Shown: piece after piece, positions 59,614 to 64,000 of the stretch | Layout of the letters: the number at the start of each line of letters is the position of its first letter | How positions within the stretch are numbered: the stretch's first letter is position 1 | Origin: Acidobacteriota bacterium | GTDB lineage: Bacteria; Acidobacteriota; UBA6911 | NCBI GenBank assembly: GCA_963664705.1 | Contig: OY761556.1 | Location: 1,792,001 to 1,856,000, forward strand | Length of the DNA: 64,000 bases | Direction: 5' to 3' | Position numbers and translations under genes: made by a program | The notes under the pieces: model-generated | The model's input: only the letters and a program-made list of their open reading frames with translations | Database searches by the model: none | What the model was told of the DNA's origin: nothing

Positions 59614-61611
59614 ATGCCGAGGAATGCAGGAAGACAATATGGGAGTAGGCTTCTATTTCTTTTCACCTTCTTCATTTGTATCGTTCAATATTCCTCCGCT
59701 CAAAACGACTCTGGCCCTGTGAGTTCATCCTTCAAGATGAGGGTGGATGTCGATCTGGTTACAATCGAGGTCAACGCCCTCGATCGGAGCGGACAGGCAT
59801 CGCTGAATCTGAAGAAGGAGGATTTTCAGCTTTATGAAGATGGGAAAAAGCAGGAAATCCAGAGCTTTGATGCGGTGAGCAGTCAATCGGCAAGCTCTCC
59901 CAAAGAAATGTCTCTTCTGGATGACGGCGGGCGGAAACATGGCAAGACGGTACTGATCGTCTTTATGGAGCACTCGATTTCCCCGCGAAACCAGAAGCTG
60001 GCCCGTGATTCCATCGCCAATTTCGTTGCACGGCATATGCGTCCCCAGGATCTTTTTGCTGTAATGTCTTTTGGGGCATCCATGAAGACCCTGCAAAACC
60101 TCACGGGTGAACGGGAAGAGGTGCTGACTGCGGTCCAGATGCTCGCTCCCAGCATGGTTGTATCCTTTTCTTTTGACGACTTCCTGCGCTCGCTCGAACA
60201 GATCCATTATTCCATTGCACGCTTGAAAGGACAGAAATCAATTCTCGTGTTTGGCGCTCCCGGATTGGGCTATGCCCCCATGGATCGCACCCGCTATAAC
60301 AAAACGGTGGAATCTGCGCGGCAGTCCAACGTGGCTATTTATGCTGCAGATCCCGAGAGAGGCATCGGAAGTGGAGAATATGCCGGTGCCGGTCGGGCGG
60401 TCGGCACTCGGTTCGATCCTGCTTCGCTGCCTCCCGAGCTGGCAGGCTCGTTGCAGGGGTCGAAAAGCATCAGCACCGCGGGCGGGCTGGTTCCGCTAAC
60501 GCTCAAAACCCTGGCTAATGAAACCGGCGGCTACTCGATTGACAATGTGCTTGATCTGGATGCTGCGCTGGATAAGCTCGATCAGCAACTCAGCAATTAC
60601 TACATTCTGGGTTTTCAATCCACCAACCCGAAACGCGATGGAAGTTACCGCAAAATCGTAATCAAGACCAATGTGAAAGGTGTCGCGCTTCGGCATCGGG
60701 AGGGATACCTGGACCGGAATCCCGTAGACATACTTGCCAGCTCAAAACAGGAGAAAGGCCTGTTGACAGCACTGTCCACTCCCGGTGCAATAAAGAGGGT
60801 GCCGGTCGATTTTCGCCCGATCTATTTCTACGATTCGCCGAAAAGTGCCCGGGTCCTGATCGAGTCGAGAATTCGATTGGAAAAGATCGCCTTCCGAAAA
60901 AGGGGCGGGCAAATGGGCGCCGATCTGAATGTAATGGGTATTGCCTATGCGGAGGATGGCAGCATTGCCGCGAGATTCAGCGAAACTCTGCCGGTAAATT
61001 TCGATAAGGAAAATGAAGCATCTTTGCGAATGAGGAGCCTCGCCTATCGAAGTTATGTCAAGTTGCGGCCGGGGAAATATCGGCTGAAACTGGCCGTTTC
61101 TGATGATTCCGACAATGTGGGTTCGACCGAGAAATCCGTGGAAATTCCTCCTTTCCCGAATACCGGTATTGCGATCAGTAGCGTGGTGCTCGCTGAACAG
61201 ATGTCGTTATTACCGGATTTGATCCGAAATCTGCAAAACCAGATGCTGGGCCAAAGGGATCCGCTCATTCATGGCGGCACACGCGTGGAACCGGGAGTCG
61301 AAAACAAGATGCGCGGCAATTCTCCGGCTCGAATATTGCTCCGCCTCTATAACCTAAAGGGCGGGCCCGAAGAGTGCGACCTGATTGCAAAGACAAAACT
61401 GGTGGATGCGAAAGGAGCGGAAACGGCACTGACGCCAATGTACCTTAAAAAAATGATGGATTTTTCCGGGGGTGGCGAGGCGGGTGTGGGATTAACGATT
61501 CCACTCAAGGAGATCCCGCCCGGGTCGTACCGGCTTGTTATTGAAATTGTAGATGCAATCTCTCCGACAACGATCACCGGGTCGACCGATATCGAGATCA
61601 TCGGCCAATAG
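59614..61611 (+). CDS. VWA domain protein (Acidobacterial type), exported
   Basis: Signal peptide; VDVDLV, LKKEDFQLYEDGKKQEI, LANETGG and YYILGF...DGSYRKI; C-terminal Ig-like region. Confidence 0.85.
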   Translation: MPRNAGRQYGSRLLFLFTFFICIVQYSSAQNDSGPVSSSFKMRVDVDLVTIEVNALDRSGQASLNLKKEDFQLYEDGKKQEIQSFDAVSSQSASSPKEMSLLDDGGRKHGKTVLIVFMEHSISPRNQKLARDSIANFVARHMRPQDLFAVMSFGASMKTLQNLTGEREEVLTAVQMLAPSMVVSFSFDDFLRSLEQIHYSIARLKGQKSILVFGAPGLGYAPMDRTRYNKTVESARQSNVAIYAADPERGIGSGEYAGAGRAVGTRFDPASLPPELAGSLQGSKSISTAGGLVPLTLKTLANETGGYSIDNVLDLDAALDKLDQQLSNYYILGFQSTNPKRDGSYRKIVIKTNVKGVALRHREGYLDRNPVDILASSKQEKGLLTALSTPGAIKRVPVDFRPIYFYDSPKSARVLIESRIRLEKIAFRKRGGQMGADLNVMGIAYAEDGSIAARFSETLPVNFDKENEASLRMRSLAYRSYVKLRPGKYRLKLAVSDDSDNVGSTEKSVEIPPFPNTGIAISSVVLAEQMSLLPDLIRNLQNQMLGQRDPLIHGGTRVEPGVENKMRGNSPARILLRLYNLKGGPEECDLIAKTKLVDAKGAETALTPMYLKKMMDFSGGGEAGVGLTIPLKEIPPGSYRLVIEIVDAISPTTITGSTDIEIIGQ

Positions 61612-62041
61612 TGACGGTAGCGCCAATTAGGGGTTGTGAAAATGTCCGAGCGCACCCTCGGTCGCGGCTGAGAAGAAGACGCCAAAGCTGAGGTGCTACA
61701 TAGGCATTTCCCTCAGTCCAGCGGATTGCTTTTGCAAGCTCATACTGACAAATAAAGCGAAAGTGATCGCATTTCTTGCCCGTGCGGTATTTATACAGTA
61801 CCGGGAGGGCGCGCTTATCTCTCAGCTGACCCAAGGCCCACACGGCCTGGTTCCGGTTCCGCAAATCGCAACCCTGGCAATCCACAACCGCTATCAATGC
61901 TTCAATCCGATCGCCCGGGAATGCGCGCATTGCATTCTGTGAATCGTGTTCCACCCCCACGCCAATAAGCCCTTCAAGTCCAATAAAGGCCAGAATAATC
62001 AGCGCGGCGACAATACCCAGGATGCAGACGGCAATTCTCAT
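61598..62041 (-). CDS. Membrane-anchored HEAT-repeat-like protein
   Basis: N-terminal TM; RNQAVWALGQLRDKRALPVL and CQYELAKAI. Start reassigned to MRIAV. Confidence 0.7.
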   Translation of the reverse strand: MRIAVCILGIVAALIILAFIGLEGLIGVGVEHDSQNAMRAFPGDRIEALIAVVDCQGCDLRNRNQAVWALGQLRDKRALPVLYKYRTGKKCDHFRFICQYELAKAIRWTEGNAYVAPQLWRLLLSRDRGCARTFSQPLIGATVTIGR

Positions 62042-62181
62042 TTTGGGCTCGGGTGTTTGGATAACCTGCTCAGCATATTTTACACCAATGAATGCGTTCA
62101 CGTTCCTTTTATGTTATCGTCTCGCTCGAACTTTTAAACAATTGAATAAGAAGTCATCAACCTCGTTTTAAAGAAGGAATT

Positions 62182-64000
62182 ATGAACATGAGATATTCCT
62201 CGCTGATGGTCATGGCTATCGGAGTTCTGGCCTTTTTGCAGATTACATGTGGCAAACCTCCACAATTGGGCAAGAGCGCAGTCAAGGATGTGATCAATGC
62301 AATGACTCTTGAGGAAAAGGCCTATTTTGTTACCGGAACAGGATCAAATATAGGAACCCCGGGAGGGAAGGCGCCAGAGGAAAGGGCGGGCGGAGCGCCC
62401 TCCGTCGGGCAAACCGATAAACTGGTCCCTGGTGCCGCCGGAACGACCTATGAAATTGCGAGGCTTGGAATTCCCGCCATGGTTCTGGCTGATGGCCCGG
62501 CAGGGCTAAGAATCAGTCCGAAGCGCCCGAATGATTCCGCAACTTACTACTGCACCGCATTTCCGGTCTCCACGCTGGTGGCTTCGACCTGGGATCCGGA
62601 CCTGGCCTACAAGGTCGGACAGGCAATGGGGAATGAGGTTCTCGAGTACGGTGCTGATGTATTACTCGGACCGGCGATGAATATTCATCGAAATCCTCTT
62701 TGTGGGAGAAACTTTGAATACCTTTCCGAAGACCCTTTGATTACCGGGAAAATTGCAGCATCCATTGTTAACGGAGTTGAATCCCAGGGGGTCGGGACTT
62801 CGATCAAGCACTTTGCGGCCAATAATGCGGAAACCAACCGGAACGCCCTGGACACGATTGTCAGCGAGCGGGCTCTTCGCGAGATCTACCTGGAAGGATT
62901 CCGGATTGTAGTCGAGGAAGCGCAGCCTTGGACGGTAATGTCGTCCTATAACCTCATTAATGGAGTGTTTACTTCCGAAAGCCATGATTTGCTGACGGCT
63001 GTGCTGCGGAATGACTGGGGATTCCAGGGGGTGGTGGTATCCGACTGGTTTGGTGGCGTGGATCCGATCGCGCAGATGAAGGCAGGGAATGAGCTGTTGA
63101 TGCCCGGAACTATTGCTCAGGCCAATACCATTATTCGGGGAGTGCGGGAAGGGAAGCTCGACGTTGCTCAATTGGACAAAAATATCGAGAGGATACTGAA
63201 CATAATTGTCCAGAGCCCGAGATTCAAAGGGTACAAGTATTCAAATAAGCCGGACATGAAGGCTCATGCCGCCGTTGCCCGCATGACGGCTGCAGAAGGA
63301 ATGGTATTGCTTAAGAACGAGAAGGAAACGCTGCCCTTGCCGGCTGGCCGGAAGATTGCAGCATTTGGAAACACATCCTACGATATCATCACCGGGGGAA
63401 CCGGGAGCGGTGATGTCAATGAGGCCTACAGCATTTCGCTGGTAGAGGGTCTGAAAAACGCCGGATATACGCTAAACGAGGAATTGCAGGGATTGTATGG
63501 AGCCTACATCCTCGATGCCAAGGCAAAGCAGCCCAAGGCCCGCGATTTCATGCCGAAAATACCTATTGAAGAAATGATCGTGCCGGAAAAAATAGCATCG
63601 AAAATGGCAGCGGAAGCGGACGCCGCGCTGATAACCATCGGCCGCAATTCCGGAGAGTTTTTCGACCGTAAGGTCGAGGGGGACTTCAATTTCACTTCAA
63701 AGGAAAATAGCCTGATCCAGCTTGTTACGAAGGCATTTCATGCAAAGGGCAAAAAGGCTATTGTTGTTTTGAATATCGGCGGCGTCGTTGAGACCGCAAG
63801 CTGGAGCCGAATGCCCGACGCCATTCTTCTTGCCTGGCAGGGAGGGCAGGAGAGCGGAAACTCTATTGCGGATGTAATCAGCGGACAGGTGAATCCATCC
63901 GGCAAATTGGCATCCACGTTCCCCGCGCGCTATGAGGATGTTCCTTCTTCAAAAAATTTCCCGGGCGTGATTGTCGATAAATCGCCGGGCAGCTCTGCAG
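62182..64000 (+). CDS. GH3 beta-glucosidase, probable lipoprotein, 3'-truncated (missing from the ORF track)
   Basis: Translated by hand: MNMRYSSLMVMAIGVLAFLQITC, ADGPAGLRI, GRNFEYLSEDP, IKHFAANN, VVSDWFG (nucleophile Asp), VLLKNE and AWQGGQE; RBS AAGGA. Confidence 0.93.
   Translation, partial: MNMRYSSLMVMAIGVLAFLQITCGKPPQLGKSAVKDVINAMTLEEKAYFVTGTGSNIGTPGGKAPEERAGGAPSVGQTDKLVPGAAGTTYEIARLGIPAMVLADGPAGLRISPKRPNDSATYYCTAFPVSTLVASTWDPDLAYKVGQAMGNEVLEYGADVLLGPAMNIHRNPLCGRNFEYLSEDPLITGKIAASIVNGVESQGVGTSIKHFAANNAETNRNALDTIVSERALREIYLEGFRIVVEEAQPWTVMSSYNLINGVFTSESHDLLTAVLRNDWGFQGVVVSDWFGGVDPIAQMKAGNELLMPGTIAQANTIIRGVREGKLDVAQLDKNIERILNIIVQSPRFKGYKYSNKPDMKAHAAVARMTAAEGMVLLKNEKETLPLPAGRKIAAFGNTSYDIITGGTGSGDVNEAYSISLVEGLKNAGYTLNEELQGLYGAYILDAKAKQPKARDFMPKIPIEEMIVPEKIASKMAAEADAALITIGRNSGEFFDRKVEGDFNFTSKENSLIQLVTKAFHAKGKKAIVVLNIGGVVETASWSRMPDAILLAWQGGQESGNSIADVISGQVNPSGKLASTFPARYEDVPSSKNFPGVIVDKSPGSSA

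Noticed and set aside
1-64000. CRISPR array, tRNA/rRNA, prophage, IS or defence genes
   Set aside because: I recognised no regularly spaced repeats, cloverleafs, or integrase, transposase or nuclease motifs; manual reading could miss short or degenerate elements.

Overview
64 kb of gene-dense bacterial chromosome with no rRNA, tRNA, CRISPR array, phage or transposase genes that I could recognise. Tandem Acidobacterial-type VWA genes and an alginate-export porin suggest Acidobacteriota; a glycyl radical enzyme, Hcp and a probable selenoprotein suggest an anaerobe (both inferences). Contents in order: CoA-transferase III / crotonase / MmgE-PrpD / SDR cluster; dapL; thioesterase; LTA-synthase-like sulfatase; a probable UGA-readthrough selenoprotein (UxxC, SECIS-like hairpin) that the ORF track splits in two; chemotaxis and signalling genes with sigma-28-like promoters, including an MCP with a terminator in its leader; a divergent biotin-dependent carboxylase flanked by two Tm-1-like (UPF0261) genes; a partner-switching module; a 3-oxoacid CoA-transferase; an operon of ATP-grasp/methyltransferase fusion, YdjC deacetylase and GLT1D1/SenB-like glycosyltransferase; hcp; an unassigned GRE with its activase; a porin; a sensor kinase, receiver and receiver::formate/nitrite-channel fusion; proBA; a UbiD C/D decarboxylase; HDOD-GGDEF; two VWA proteins; and a truncated GH3. 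Best candidates for undescribed systems: the REC-FNT channel, the ATP-grasp/YdjC/GT cassette, the Tm-1/carboxylase operon and the selenoprotein. All family calls come from motifs recognised by eye, not database searches.
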